The translations under genes were made by a program, and so were the position numbers. From the NCBI GenBank assembly GCA_965204375.1, contig OZ241986.1:4512001-4576000 (forward strand): a stretch of 64,000 nt of DNA, written 5' to 3'. The notes under the pieces were generated by a model. That model did not search any database, had not been told where the DNA came from, and saw only the letters and a program-made list of their open reading frames with translations. The stretch's first letter is position 1. Every line of letters begins with the position of its first letter. Shown piece after piece: positions 1 to 9,279 of this stretch. This stretch comes from Candidatus Latescibacterota bacterium (GTDB lineage: Bacteria > Latescibacterota > UBA2968).

Positions 1-169
1 GCTCCACATAGTGTATAAGCGCCCATGTCTGATAGACCACACACGCACCAATAATAGCAAGCGTGGCGTAGTATTCACTAAAAAAAAGACAATAAAAGAA
101 AAGACAGGTCGTGATGCACAGAAGGGCCACGCGCAAAATACATATCAGGCGAAAGTGTTTATAAACCAT
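1..169 (-). CDS. N-terminus of probable sensor histidine kinase (partial, runs off window)
   Basis: Not in ORF track. Minus strand reads MVYKHFRLICILRVALLCITTCLFFYCLFFSEYYATLAIIGACVVYQTWALIHYVE, two TM-like helices; its start overlaps the stop of the NtrC-like regulator by 11 nt. Confidence 0.65.
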   Translation of the reverse strand, partial: MVYKHFRLICILRVALLCITTCLFFYCLFFSEYYATLAIIGACVVYQTWALIHYVE

Positions 170-1541
170 GCTTTTCGAGCCTGCGATAAAGCGCGCTACG
201 CGTGAGACCGAGTTCACGCGCTGCGTGACTGATATTGCCGCGGTGCTTCTCAATCGCTTTGCGAATAACGGTTTTCTCCACGTATTCGAGATTGAAGTCG
301 TCAAAATGAATATCGTCACCTGCGGCGGGTTCGGAAACGCTGAGCGGAAAATCCAGCGGTTGAAGGATACCATTTTCATTCATAATCACAGCCCGTTCAA
401 TCGCGTGCTGCAATTCGCGGATATTGCCCGGCCATGTGTAATTTTTGAGATGCTCAAGTGCTGCTGATTGAATGGCAATACCCGGTTTATTGTACTTCTG
501 ACCGTACGTCTCGAGAAACACCTCAACGAGCAAGGGAACATCGTCAAGGCGATCGCGCAGAGGCGGCAGATGGAGTTCGACAGTATTGATGCGATACAGA
601 AGATCTTGCCGAAAATCATTGCGGGCCACCATATCGTGAATCGGCATGTTGGTCGCACAGATCAGGCGCACATCAATATCAATAGGTCGGTTGGTACCCA
701 GGCGAATAACCGTGCGATTTTCAAGTGCCGTGAGCAGCTTTGCCTGGAGCGGCAGCGAAAGATTGCCAATCTCATCCAAAAAAAGCGTACCACCCGACGC
801 GATTTCAAAACGCCCGGCGCGGTCTTCTCTCGCATCTGTAAAAGCACCTTTTTTGTGCCCAAAAAGCTCGCTTTCAAAAAGGCTCTCTGAAACAGCACCG
901 AGATCAACGCGGATAAAAGCCTCTGTAGCACGCCGAGATCGACGGTGCAGGGCGCGGGCAACAGCATCTTTCCCGGTCCCATTCTCTCCAAGGATCAGCA
1001 CATTCGCATCCGTAGCACCCACTTTTTGAATGGTATCAAAAACCTCGCACATCGCGCGCGATGTGCCCACCATATCGGGAAATTGACCGTCGAGATCGGC
1101 GCGTAGCTGTTCTTGTTCGGCGCGCAACTGATTGACCTCGAGCCGCGATCGCCGCAACCGCACAGCAGAAGAAAGGGTCGCGAGCAACTTTTCATTTTGC
1201 CACGGCTTGAGCACAAAATCCGTCGCGCCTTCTTTAATCGCTTGCACAGCCGTTTCAACACCGCCATAAGCCGTAATGAGAATCACCACCGCCGAAGAAT
1301 CAATCTCCAGAATCCGACTCAGCCAGTGAAACCCCTCTTTGCCCGACGTGGCGTCCTGTTCAAAATTCATATCGAGCAAAATCACGTCATAAGTATCATT
1401 TTGCAGCAGACCGGGAATGCGATTGGGATCTGCCTCAGTATCAACGCGTTCGGCATACTGCTTAAGCAAGAGTTGCGCGGCCACCAGAACATCGCGGTCA
1501 TCGTCAACAATGAGAATTTTGTTGAAGGATTTCGATTCCAT
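159..1541 (-). CDS. Sigma-54-dependent response regulator (NtrC/Fis family)
   Basis: REC domain (ILIVDDD, LLDMN), Walker A GENGTGK, GAFTDA loop, FLDEIG, WPGNIREL, C-terminal Fis HTH; start trimmed to MESKSF with GAGG RBS. Confidence 0.95.
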   Translation of the reverse strand: MESKSFNKILIVDDDRDVLVAAQLLLKQYAERVDTEADPNRIPGLLQNDTYDVILLDMNFEQDATSGKEGFHWLSRILEIDSSAVVILITAYGGVETAVQAIKEGATDFVLKPWQNEKLLATLSSAVRLRRSRLEVNQLRAEQEQLRADLDGQFPDMVGTSRAMCEVFDTIQKVGATDANVLILGENGTGKDAVARALHRRSRRATEAFIRVDLGAVSESLFESELFGHKKGAFTDAREDRAGRFEIASGGTLFLDEIGNLSLPLQAKLLTALENRTVIRLGTNRPIDIDVRLICATNMPIHDMVARNDFRQDLLYRINTVELHLPPLRDRLDDVPLLVEVFLETYGQKYNKPGIAIQSAALEHLKNYTWPGNIRELQHAIERAVIMNENGILQPLDFPLSVSEPAAGDDIHFDDFNLEYVEKTVIRKAIEKHRGNISHAARELGLTRSALYRRLEKHGL

Positions 1542-1553
1542 AACAGCCTCAAC

Positions 1554-1618
1554 CGGGCGACCACAGAGGGTCGCCCCTACAAATAACACCACCGTAGGAC
1601 GGCCCCTGTGCCGTCCCG
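1554..1618. repeat. Pair of GTAG-type REP elements in opposite orientation
   Basis: gggcgaccacagagggtcgcccctac (GTAG on minus strand) and gtaggacggcccctgtgccgtccc; related elements at 34701 and 61552. Confidence 0.75.
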
Positions 1619-1636
1619 CTCGCTTCTCGCCCCTTT

Positions 1637-2740
1637 TTAATTTTCGAGCTTGAGAATCATAATCCACATCGGTTGCTCACCCACATGATAGACCTTGAGA
1701 GGTGTGAGACCGCCCGTCTCTTTATCGATGCGATACCCGGCCATCTTGTCTGACTGTTGACCCGCTGCAAAGAGGAAATTGCCTTCGGGATCGAGATTGA
1801 AAGGACGGGGGATAGGCTCCGTAGGCGTTTGCCCCAATGATTCGAGAGAACCGTCGTCCTGCACAGCGTAGCCCGCAATGCTATTGTGCCCGCGATTGGA
1901 TATATACAGAAACTTGCCCGAAGGATGAATATGGATTTGGGCACAGGTATTGCGCTCTGTAAACCCCTCTGGCAGCGTTGAAAGAGTTTGGCGGGGTGCA
2001 AGCGTTCCATTATCCGGGTTAAAATCATACACCGTAACACTGGACCCATTTTCATTCGCAACATAAACCACATCTAAAGACGGGTGAAACTCGTAATGCC
2101 GAGGACCCTCCCCATAAACCGCATCGACTTTCACCACCTCATTAGGAGCCAACTCACCTGTGGTCTCATCAAAGGTAAATTGATAAATAGCATTGACCGG
2201 CATCGTATGCGGTACAAACAAATAACGATTGGAAGGATCGGAAAAAAAACAATGCGCGTGTTCATCCGTGGGAATCCACTGGCGATGCGGCGCAAGCACA
2301 GCCCCATCTTTGTCAATCGCATTGATAGCGACCGCGCCCTCGCCGTAATATGCAGAAAAAAGATACCGTCCAGTTTTATCCGTACTGATATAACAAGAGC
2401 CGCCATCAAAAGGCGCAGTGGCAACATGCTCGAGCGCGCCCGTTCCGGGATCAATTTTGTAAGTAACGAGCTCTTTGGACTGGCGCAAAGCCGCATAGAG
2501 ATATTTTTGTCGCGGATCCGTGCAAAGCGGACCAATGCCGCCTTTGGCGGGAAGTTCTTCAACAAGTGTGAGGTCGCCGGTATCGGAGTCCATATCATAA
2601 CGCAAGAGCTTCTTGTCTTTAGATACAGCGACGTACATATGATACTTCATACTCGGTTCCTTTCTGTTGGATTGTTGGGCAAACAAACTGCCCGTGAACA
2701 TGACAAACGAGATGGTAAGTGCAAAAAAAATTATTTTCAT
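1637..2740 (-). CDS. Lactonase family protein (6-phosphogluconolactonase-like beta-propeller) with signal peptide
   Basis: HAHC, GPRH, LYISNRGHNSI, PRPFNLDP motifs; GGAGG RBS before MKIIFFALTISF. Confidence 0.9.
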   Translation of the reverse strand: MKIIFFALTISFVMFTGSLFAQQSNRKEPSMKYHMYVAVSKDKKLLRYDMDSDTGDLTLVEELPAKGGIGPLCTDPRQKYLYAALRQSKELVTYKIDPGTGALEHVATAPFDGGSCYISTDKTGRYLFSAYYGEGAVAINAIDKDGAVLAPHRQWIPTDEHAHCFFSDPSNRYLFVPHTMPVNAIYQFTFDETTGELAPNEVVKVDAVYGEGPRHYEFHPSLDVVYVANENGSSVTVYDFNPDNGTLAPRQTLSTLPEGFTERNTCAQIHIHPSGKFLYISNRGHNSIAGYAVQDDGSLESLGQTPTEPIPRPFNLDPEGNFLFAAGQQSDKMAGYRIDKETGGLTPLKVYHVGEQPMWIMILKLEN

Positions 2741-2831
2741 GGACATACCTCCGAAAAAGTGGTGATTATTGCCACAATATAGCATTCGATCAGGCGAATA
2801 GAAAGTAGAAAGGGAGACACCATTTTGCAGG

Positions 2832-2848
2832 CTTGACATTGTGTCAAG
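2832..2848. promoter_or_regulatory. Palindrome CTTGACA-TTG-TGTCAAG: divergent -35 boxes or operator
   Basis: Perfect 7-bp arms giving TTGACA on both strands, between divergent lactonase and sulfatase genes; -10 boxes weak. Confidence 0.45.
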
Positions 2849-2870
2849 AGAAGCGTTTATTGCTCGGCAA

Positions 2871-2968
2871 AAGAAGTGTGAAGTGAGAAGGTAGAAGTGA
2901 GAAGTCCACCCAACACCACCCCAGATCGGGTGCTTCTTCACCCTTCACACTTCACCCTTCACACCTTC
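2871..2968. repeat. Inverted heptamer arrays (GAAGTGW / WCACTTC-like) around a ~27-bp spacer
   Basis: gaagtgtgaagtgagaaggtagaagtgagaagt ... cttcttcacccttcacacttcacccttcacacc. Confidence 0.85.
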
Positions 2969-2982
2969 CTCAGGAGAAAAAT

Positions 2983-4377
2983 ATGAGCAAACAAAAACCC
3001 AACATCCTCTTCTTTTTCACCGACGACCAGCGATTTGACACCATTCGCGCGCTGGGCAATACAGATGTGCAAACACCCGTACTGGATCGCCTCGTGGCAG
3101 AAGGCACGACATTTACACACGCGCACATACCCGGTGGAACATCGGGCGCAATATGCATGCCCAGCCGCGCCATGTTGCACACGGGACGCACGCTCTTTCA
3201 CCTCGACGGCGCGGGCCAGGGCATTCCCAATGACCACATAATGTTGGGCGAACATCTGCAAGCCAACGGCTATCGCACATGGGGCACGGGCAAATGGCAC
3301 AATGGACCCGCATCTTTTGCACGCAGCTTTTCAGACGGCGCAGAGATCTTTTTTGGAGGCATGGACGACCACTGGAACGTGCCCGCATTTAATTATGACC
3401 CCACCGGCAAATACGACTCCGTACTCCTGCAGTGCCCGAACCCCAACCAATCAAACACCTTGAAAATACGCAGAGGCGACCACGTAACCGCGGGCAAACA
3501 CTCCAGCGAATTATTTGCCGAAGGCGCAATTGACTGGCTGGAAAAATACGACACCGACAGTCCATTCTTTATGTACATCTCATTCATGGCGCCCCACGAC
3601 CCGCGCACAATGCCGCAAAAATATCTGGACATGTACGACCCCGAAGACATCCCACTCCCCGAGAACTTTATGGGCGGGCATCCATTCGACAACGGCGACC
3701 TGAAAGTCCGCGATGAAGTCCTCGAAGATTTTCCCCGCGACCCCTACAAAGTGCGGCAACACATTGCCGAATACTACGCCATGATCACCCATTTAGACGC
3801 GCAGATGGGACGCGTACTCGACACAATAAGCGCGTGCGGAATGGCGGATAACACCATCGTAGTCTTTGCCGGGGACAATGGACTCGCCGTGGGGCAGCAC
3901 GGGCTTTTCGGCAAACAGAACATGTACGAACACAGCGTGCGCGTACCCCTGATATTTTCCGGACCGGGCGTACCCGCGGATCAAAAACGATCCGCCTATG
4001 TGTATCTGCACGATATTTTCCCAACCCTGTGCGACTTAATCGGCACCAGCACACCGGACTCCGTGGAAGGCACCAGCCTGTTACCCGCACTCAACAACGG
4101 CGATGAACAGGTGCGCGACACCCTGTTCTCTGCATATCGCGAGTGGCAACGCATGGTCAAAGACAAACGGTATAAACTCATTGAATACGCGGTAAATGGG
4201 CGTCGCACAACGCAGCTATTCGATCTGGAAAACGACCCACTGGAACTGCACAATCTCGCAGACGACAAAGCACACGCCAGCAAAGTCGCTGACCTGCGAG
4301 AAACCCTGTTCCAATGGCGCGACGACTGGGATGATGCGAAAAGCGAATGGGGAAAAACATTTTGGGAAGCGTTTTAA
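2983..4377 (+). CDS. Sulfatase (choline-sulfatase-like)
   Basis: PNILFFFTDDQR, CxPxR formylglycine motif CMPSRA, GKWH, GDNG, GKQNMY. Confidence 0.95.
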   Translation: MSKQKPNILFFFTDDQRFDTIRALGNTDVQTPVLDRLVAEGTTFTHAHIPGGTSGAICMPSRAMLHTGRTLFHLDGAGQGIPNDHIMLGEHLQANGYRTWGTGKWHNGPASFARSFSDGAEIFFGGMDDHWNVPAFNYDPTGKYDSVLLQCPNPNQSNTLKIRRGDHVTAGKHSSELFAEGAIDWLEKYDTDSPFFMYISFMAPHDPRTMPQKYLDMYDPEDIPLPENFMGGHPFDNGDLKVRDEVLEDFPRDPYKVRQHIAEYYAMITHLDAQMGRVLDTISACGMADNTIVVFAGDNGLAVGQHGLFGKQNMYEHSVRVPLIFSGPGVPADQKRSAYVYLHDIFPTLCDLIGTSTPDSVEGTSLLPALNNGDEQVRDTLFSAYREWQRMVKDKRYKLIEYAVNGRRTTQLFDLENDPLELHNLADDKAHASKVADLRETLFQWRDDWDDAKSEWGKTFWEAF

Positions 4378-4399
4378 AACAAGCGAAAAGGAGACAGCC

Positions 4400-5245
4400 A
4401 TGAATGCTTCATCTCTGGCGCATAGCCTGACAGAAGAAGAGCGATTGCAGTTTGAACGCGATGGGTATTTAATTGTCGAAAATGCTCTCGACCCCGATCA
4501 CGCCGCACGCCTGTGCGCTGTGGTCGATCGCATAGATGCCGAAATGCGTCCCAAAGAAGGCATAGATAAGCTCGGACGCTTGAGCGTCAGAGACTTCATC
4601 GGCCTCGACTGGGAATTTGTCGAACTGGTAGATTGGCCCAAGACCATCGCAAAAGTGTGGGATATTCTGAGCTGGAACTTGCAAATCTACCACTCGCACC
4701 TCAACGTCACCCCCCCGGTATCAAACGGAAGTGGTGGAAAAAATCTGCGCTGGCATCAAGACAGTGCCCTGCTCAATCAGGAATTAGAAACAGATCCCCG
4801 ACCCCGCATTTCAATCAAAGTAGCCTACTTTTTAACGGATTGCAGCGAAGATGGCCGGGGCAACTTTTACATTATACCGGGCAGTCACCTGACCAACGAC
4901 TACGACTTTCCCAATGGCGACCGCACAACTGAACCCAAAGATGCAATACCCGTACTGGTCAAGCCGGGAACAGCCGTGTTTTTTGACCGCAGACTCTGGC
5001 ACTCGGTCAGTGCAAATTACTGGACAGAAGCGCGTCGGGCACTGTTTTACGGATATAGCTATCGCTGGTTCCGCCCCCGCGACGATGTAACAATGGATCA
5101 CTGGTGGGACCGGTTAGATCCCATTCGCAAACAATTATTTGGCAACGCCCCAACCGGCGGGTATGGATTCACATCTCCAACTGACGAAGACGTACCGCTG
5201 CGCGGATGGCTATCTGAACACCTAGGCGAAGAAGCCATAGCATAA
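4400..5245 (+). CDS. Phytanoyl-CoA dioxygenase (PhyH) family 2OG-Fe(II) oxygenase
   Basis: FERDGYLIV, WHQD, IPGSH, FDRRLWH; AGGAG RBS before ATG 4400. Confidence 0.9.
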   Translation: MNASSLAHSLTEEERLQFERDGYLIVENALDPDHAARLCAVVDRIDAEMRPKEGIDKLGRLSVRDFIGLDWEFVELVDWPKTIAKVWDILSWNLQIYHSHLNVTPPVSNGSGGKNLRWHQDSALLNQELETDPRPRISIKVAYFLTDCSEDGRGNFYIIPGSHLTNDYDFPNGDRTTEPKDAIPVLVKPGTAVFFDRRLWHSVSANYWTEARRALFYGYSYRWFRPRDDVTMDHWWDRLDPIRKQLFGNAPTGGYGFTSPTDEDVPLRGWLSEHLGEEAIA

Positions 5246-5261
5246 CAATGAGGATCGGATT

Positions 5262-6020
5262 ATGGAAAGAGATCCCATCTTTCACGATTTCACATTCGGC
5301 GAATCCGAACGGGAAGAAATGGACCGCGACGGACATATCGCTTTTCCGGGACTGCTGAAAGACGACGCACAGGAAAAATTGACAAAATCCCTGTCCTATA
5401 TCGAATCACTCAGACCACAAGCACAAGAAGGACATGAACCCAATCGGTTCGCAGCCGAATTTGACTGGTATCTCGAAAGCCTGATCGGCCACCCCCAAAT
5501 GCTCAGACTGGCGCGAGATATTCTGGGCGAAAATATTCGGTATGATCACTGCGTCAGCCTGAACCGCCCCGGAGGCAATCGCGGAACACATTGGCACACG
5601 CATGGGTATGGAGAAGAAGACCCCAGCCTGGGATTTATTCGCATCTTCTTTTACGTCAACGGATTTGAACCCGACGACGGTGGGTTAAAAGTCGTACCCG
5701 GCAGCCATCTGTTCCGCGACCGCATCGGACGTATTAACTCGGACAAAACATTGCAAGAACAATGGCTCAGCGGAAAAACCCATCCGAAAACGGGTGAACC
5801 CCTCCAGATACACGCGCTCTCTATGCCGCCTGGAACCGTAATCGCCATGTGGACATTTGCCGCTCACGGCGTAAACCCGCGACAGCCGAGCAGTGATACC
5901 CGTTGGTGCGTAGTATATGCCTATCGCAATCCCGGCCTGCCGTCAAATGCGCGATGGATATCCGAAGAATACGAAAAACGCCGCATTCCCGGCACCGAGG
6001 GATTGTTGAGTCTTTATTAA
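5262..6020 (+). CDS. PhyH family dioxygenase
   Basis: WHTH, GGLKVVPGSH, distal His in AAHG. Confidence 0.85.
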   Translation: MERDPIFHDFTFGESEREEMDRDGHIAFPGLLKDDAQEKLTKSLSYIESLRPQAQEGHEPNRFAAEFDWYLESLIGHPQMLRLARDILGENIRYDHCVSLNRPGGNRGTHWHTHGYGEEDPSLGFIRIFFYVNGFEPDDGGLKVVPGSHLFRDRIGRINSDKTLQEQWLSGKTHPKTGEPLQIHALSMPPGTVIAMWTFAAHGVNPRQPSSDTRWCVVYAYRNPGLPSNARWISEEYEKRRIPGTEGLLSLY

Positions 6021-6319
6021 CCAGAACGGATCGGCCTTTGTATCGATCTCTGTCGTGTACGCGCCAAAGTCCTGCGATAGTCGGCTTCAAGATTGGTCCA
6101 GAACTGCGCGTCAATCCCGAGTACCTTCTCCAGCGCGATTGCTATATCCGGAGTAAGGGCCTTTTTCGCCTTGATAATCTGGTTTATCGCCTGTACAGGC
6201 CAGCCGAGTTTTGCCGCGAATTCCTTCTGGGTCACTCCCCGAGCTTCGAGTTCCTCCGCCAATACTTCGCCGGGGGGGATCGCCATGTCCGAAAATGCAC
6301 GCGGAGTCTTAGTCGTCAT
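6017..6319 (-). CDS. higA: HigA-family HTH antitoxin (orphan)
   Basis: PPGEVLAEELEARGVTQKEFA...TPDIAIALEKVLGIDAQFWTNLE signature; no adjacent higB. Confidence 0.8.
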   Translation of the reverse strand: MTTKTPRAFSDMAIPPGEVLAEELEARGVTQKEFAAKLGWPVQAINQIIKAKKALTPDIAIALEKVLGIDAQFWTNLEADYRRTLARTRQRSIQRPIRSG

Positions 6320-6397
6320 AATGGTTGCTCACCTCTTCTATGGTTCGGTGAATATATTCAAACGAACAAGCACTTGTCAAACAGAAAGGAAAAACAT

Positions 6398-7063
6398 ATG
6401 AACATCTTATTCCTACGACATTCAGCGGGATTTGAACACAGCTATTTGCCCGACGCAGAAGTGGCATTAAAAGCAATTGGCAAAGAAAATGGATGGCGGG
6501 TTTTAACCACGCATCGGTTGGACCGCATCTCTGCTGAGAACCTGGAAAAATTTGACATCCTCGCATTTGCGACAACCGGGAACCTGCCCTTTACTGACGA
6601 ACAAAAAACCGCGATCCTGGATTTTGTCCGCAACGGCAAATCATTCCTCGGCATACACAACGCAACCGACACATGCTATGACTGGCCCGAATACGGCGAA
6701 ATGCTCGGCGGATGGTTCAACGGTCATCCCTGGCACCATGAAGTGGGAATAATAGTCGAAGACACCAATCACCCTGCGACAAAAATGCTGGGCGACTATT
6801 TTCGGGTAACAGATGAAATCTACACCTTTAAAAATTACGACCGCAACAAGACACATGTCTTAATGCGGATCGACAACGAAACCGTAGATCTGGAAAAAGG
6901 CAACCGCGAAGATAACGACTACGCCATGGGCTGGTGCCACGAATACGGCAAAGGCCGCGTCATGTACACCGCCCTGGGACACCCCGATGCCCTGTGGCAC
7001 GAAGACTGGTTCCACGCGCACATCACGGGATGTATCAAATGGGCTGGGAGATTGGAGGATTAA
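6398..7063 (+). CDS. ThuA domain-containing protein
   Basis: GFEHS, FLGIHNATD, GGWFNGHP, DEIY, GKGRVMYTALGH. Confidence 0.88.
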   Translation: MNILFLRHSAGFEHSYLPDAEVALKAIGKENGWRVLTTHRLDRISAENLEKFDILAFATTGNLPFTDEQKTAILDFVRNGKSFLGIHNATDTCYDWPEYGEMLGGWFNGHPWHHEVGIIVEDTNHPATKMLGDYFRVTDEIYTFKNYDRNKTHVLMRIDNETVDLEKGNREDNDYAMGWCHEYGKGRVMYTALGHPDALWHEDWFHAHITGCIKWAGRLED

Positions 7064-7064
7064 A

Positions 7065-8030
7065 ATGCCAAAATTTGTATTCATGCCGCCGCAGGACGAC
7101 CTCAAGCGATCATTCGCCGTCCGCCTGTCGGACGAACTCCCCGAATACGACGTCCTATCGCCCGAAACCGACGAAGACGCCATAGAGGCAATACGCGATG
7201 CCAACGCCGCATTCGGCTGGATACCGCCCGACGCGCTCGCCGTCGCCGAAAAACTCGCCTGGCTACACAATCCAGACGCAGGTCCCTTCTTCGGCTACTA
7301 CTACAAAGAACTGACCGAACACCCGCTAACCATAACAAATCCCCGCGGCATATACTTCGACCACATATCCCACCACATCCTGATGTTCCTGCTCGCACTG
7401 GCGCGCGGGCTACCGTGGTACATGGACGCACAGCGGCGCAGAATATGGGACAAAAACGCGCGCAAATCCCCGTACATAGACCTCGCTGACGCAACAGCCC
7501 TCATCAACGGCGTCGGCGGCATTGGACACGAAACAGCCCGCCTGTGCAATGAACTGGGAATGACCGTCATCGGCATCGAACCGCGACCCGAATACGAACT
7601 GCCCTACGTCGAATTCCACAACCCGGACGAAATTGACGCACACCTGCCACTCGCGGACTTTGTGATCACCACCGTCCCACACACACCCGAAACCGAAGGC
7701 ATGTTCGACGCGCGACGATTCGCCCTGATGAAACCCTCGGCGTACTTCATCAACATCGGCCGCGGCAAAGTGTGCAAAATAGACGACCTCGCCAACGCCA
7801 TCGAATCCGGCACAATAGCTGGCGCCGGACTGGACGTATTCGAACAAGAACCGCTGCCGTCCGACCACAAACTGTGGGGATTGCCCAACGTACTGATGAC
7901 CCCTCACATTGCCGTCAGAGACGCCGGCAACATAAACGAGCGACGTTACGAAATACTCATCGACAACGCCCGACGCTTCCTCGCGGGCGAAGAACTGACC
8001 AACGTCGTGGATAAATCAAAGTGGTACTAA
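7065..8030 (+). CDS. D-2-hydroxyacid dehydrogenase (NAD-binding)
   Basis: GVGGIG Rossmann motif, FINIGRG, GAGLDVFEQEPLP, TPHIA. Confidence 0.93.
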   Translation: MPKFVFMPPQDDLKRSFAVRLSDELPEYDVLSPETDEDAIEAIRDANAAFGWIPPDALAVAEKLAWLHNPDAGPFFGYYYKELTEHPLTITNPRGIYFDHISHHILMFLLALARGLPWYMDAQRRRIWDKNARKSPYIDLADATALINGVGGIGHETARLCNELGMTVIGIEPRPEYELPYVEFHNPDEIDAHLPLADFVITTVPHTPETEGMFDARRFALMKPSAYFINIGRGKVCKIDDLANAIESGTIAGAGLDVFEQEPLPSDHKLWGLPNVLMTPHIAVRDAGNINERRYEILIDNARRFLAGEELTNVVDKSKWY

Positions 8031-8031
8031 T

Positions 8032-8928
8032 CTACCCCAACCCCTTTCGATCGGTACGCGCGCGGTACAAATACCCATCTATAGCCGTGACATAGAGCGA
8101 CTGCAAATCTTCATCGCCAAACGCGCAATTGGTCGGATTAATCGGAAAAGGATGTGCTTCGAGCACCTGTCCGTCGGGCGCAAAAACGTAGATCATCGGA
8201 CCGGGACCGCTATCCGGCCAACCCGCACTCGCGACAATATTGAGATCCTCATCCAACCGCATACCATCTATACCCCGATGGGCACCAAAATCGTGTAGCA
8301 CTTCACAAGCACCCAGCGACCCATCTTCCTCAATCGGATAAGCGCGCAATTCCCGGGCAGTTTCCGGTAGATAATCGCTCTGCGCCACATACAGGGTCTT
8401 CATATCGGGTGTAACAATCAGACCATTGGGCTTTGTCGTATCAAAAGTCGCACGCACAGTCGTGTACGTACCATCGTCCTGGGGATCGGCGCGATACACC
8501 GACTCGTGACCGATATCCATACATGACTTATCATCGCCATATCTCGGATCCGTGAACCACACGCGGCCCTTTGCATCCACCACGAGATCATTGGGGCTGT
8601 TAAACCGGTTCCCCTCAAAATTATCGGAAATCACAGTCGTCGAACCATCGCTCTCGTACCGCGCAATGCGACGCCCGGGCCCATCCACGTATTTGTCACC
8701 CACAGGATTGAATGTCCCCTCTGCGCCATAGACCCGATCCTGTGCATCCGTAGTCAGACCATTTGCCCGATTCGTACCCGTGCGCCACACATCGCAAACA
8801 CCCGTCTTATGATCATAGCGCATCGCGCGATCCCCCGGCATATCTGTAAACAACAGCACATCACCTACCCACACTGGACCTTCCGTAAAACCAAACGGAC
8901 CCGCCACCTGTTCAAAATTCCATTCCAT
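8032..8928 (-). CDS. SMP-30/gluconolactonase/LRE family protein
   Basis: FTEGPVW, NSPNDL, FTDPRYG, PNGL, DGMRLD, PTNCAFG. Confidence 0.92.
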   Translation of the reverse strand: MEWNFEQVAGPFGFTEGPVWVGDVLLFTDMPGDRAMRYDHKTGVCDVWRTGTNRANGLTTDAQDRVYGAEGTFNPVGDKYVDGPGRRIARYESDGSTTVISDNFEGNRFNSPNDLVVDAKGRVWFTDPRYGDDKSCMDIGHESVYRADPQDDGTYTTVRATFDTTKPNGLIVTPDMKTLYVAQSDYLPETARELRAYPIEEDGSLGACEVLHDFGAHRGIDGMRLDEDLNIVASAGWPDSGPGPMIYVFAPDGQVLEAHPFPINPTNCAFGDEDLQSLYVTAIDGYLYRARTDRKGLG

Positions 8929-8993
8929 AAAACGCTCCTTTGCTTCTCGTAAAATTGTGCGATCTCATCCCCAACATACGCGATTGCCAACAC

Positions 8994-9036
8994 GAAGGAA
9001 AGTGAGAAGTGTGAGGTGAGAAGTGTGAAGTGAAAG
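8994..9036 (+). repeat. Heptamer array (purine-rich arm) at left border of defence island
   Basis: aagtgag aagtgtg aggtgag aagtgtg aagtgaa. Confidence 0.8.
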
Positions 9037-9041
9037 GCACT

Positions 9042-9075
9042 CGTCATCGCGGCATGATGTTGAGCCGCGATCCAG
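9042..9075 (+). repeat. REP-like hairpin CGTCATCGCGGC-Nn-AGCCGCGATCCAG, copy 1
   Basis: Further copies at 9231-9263, 27046-27077 (inverted) and 56984-57016. Confidence 0.85.
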
Positions 9076-9146
9076 TTGTGGGGATGTGTGGGGGCGTCTC
9101 ACGTTTTACATCTCACCGCTTTTAACCGCCAATTGCAATATGAAGG

Positions 9147-9176
9147 GTGGCGCGATTTCGCATGATTCAGTACATT
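9147..9176 (+). promoter_or_regulatory. 30-bp recurrent promoter-like motif ending in TACATT
   Basis: gtggcgcgatttcgcatgattcagtacatt; similar copies at 18241-18270 and 20118-20147. Confidence 0.5.
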
Positions 9177-9230
9177 AAATTATCGAAGATACCCGCTGTG
9201 CAATATCGATTACCCTGAGTAAAGGACCAC

Positions 9231-9263
9231 CGTCATCGCGGCAGGCTTAAAGCCGCGATCCAG
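9231..9263 (+). repeat. REP-like hairpin, copy 2
   Basis: cgtcatcgcggcaggcttaaagccgcgatccag. Confidence 0.85.
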
Positions 9264-9279
9264 TAATTATAGATAAACA

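Noticed and set aside
1542-1667. N-terminal extensions in the ORF track (also 2741-2941, 27073-27129, 34670-34849, 52495-52695)
   Set aside because: They run through REP or tandem repeats or intergenic DNA; downstream starts fit the RBS or protein family better
9042-9263. Integron attC sites
   Set aside because: Too short, no RYYYAAC/GTTRRRY ends, and no intI
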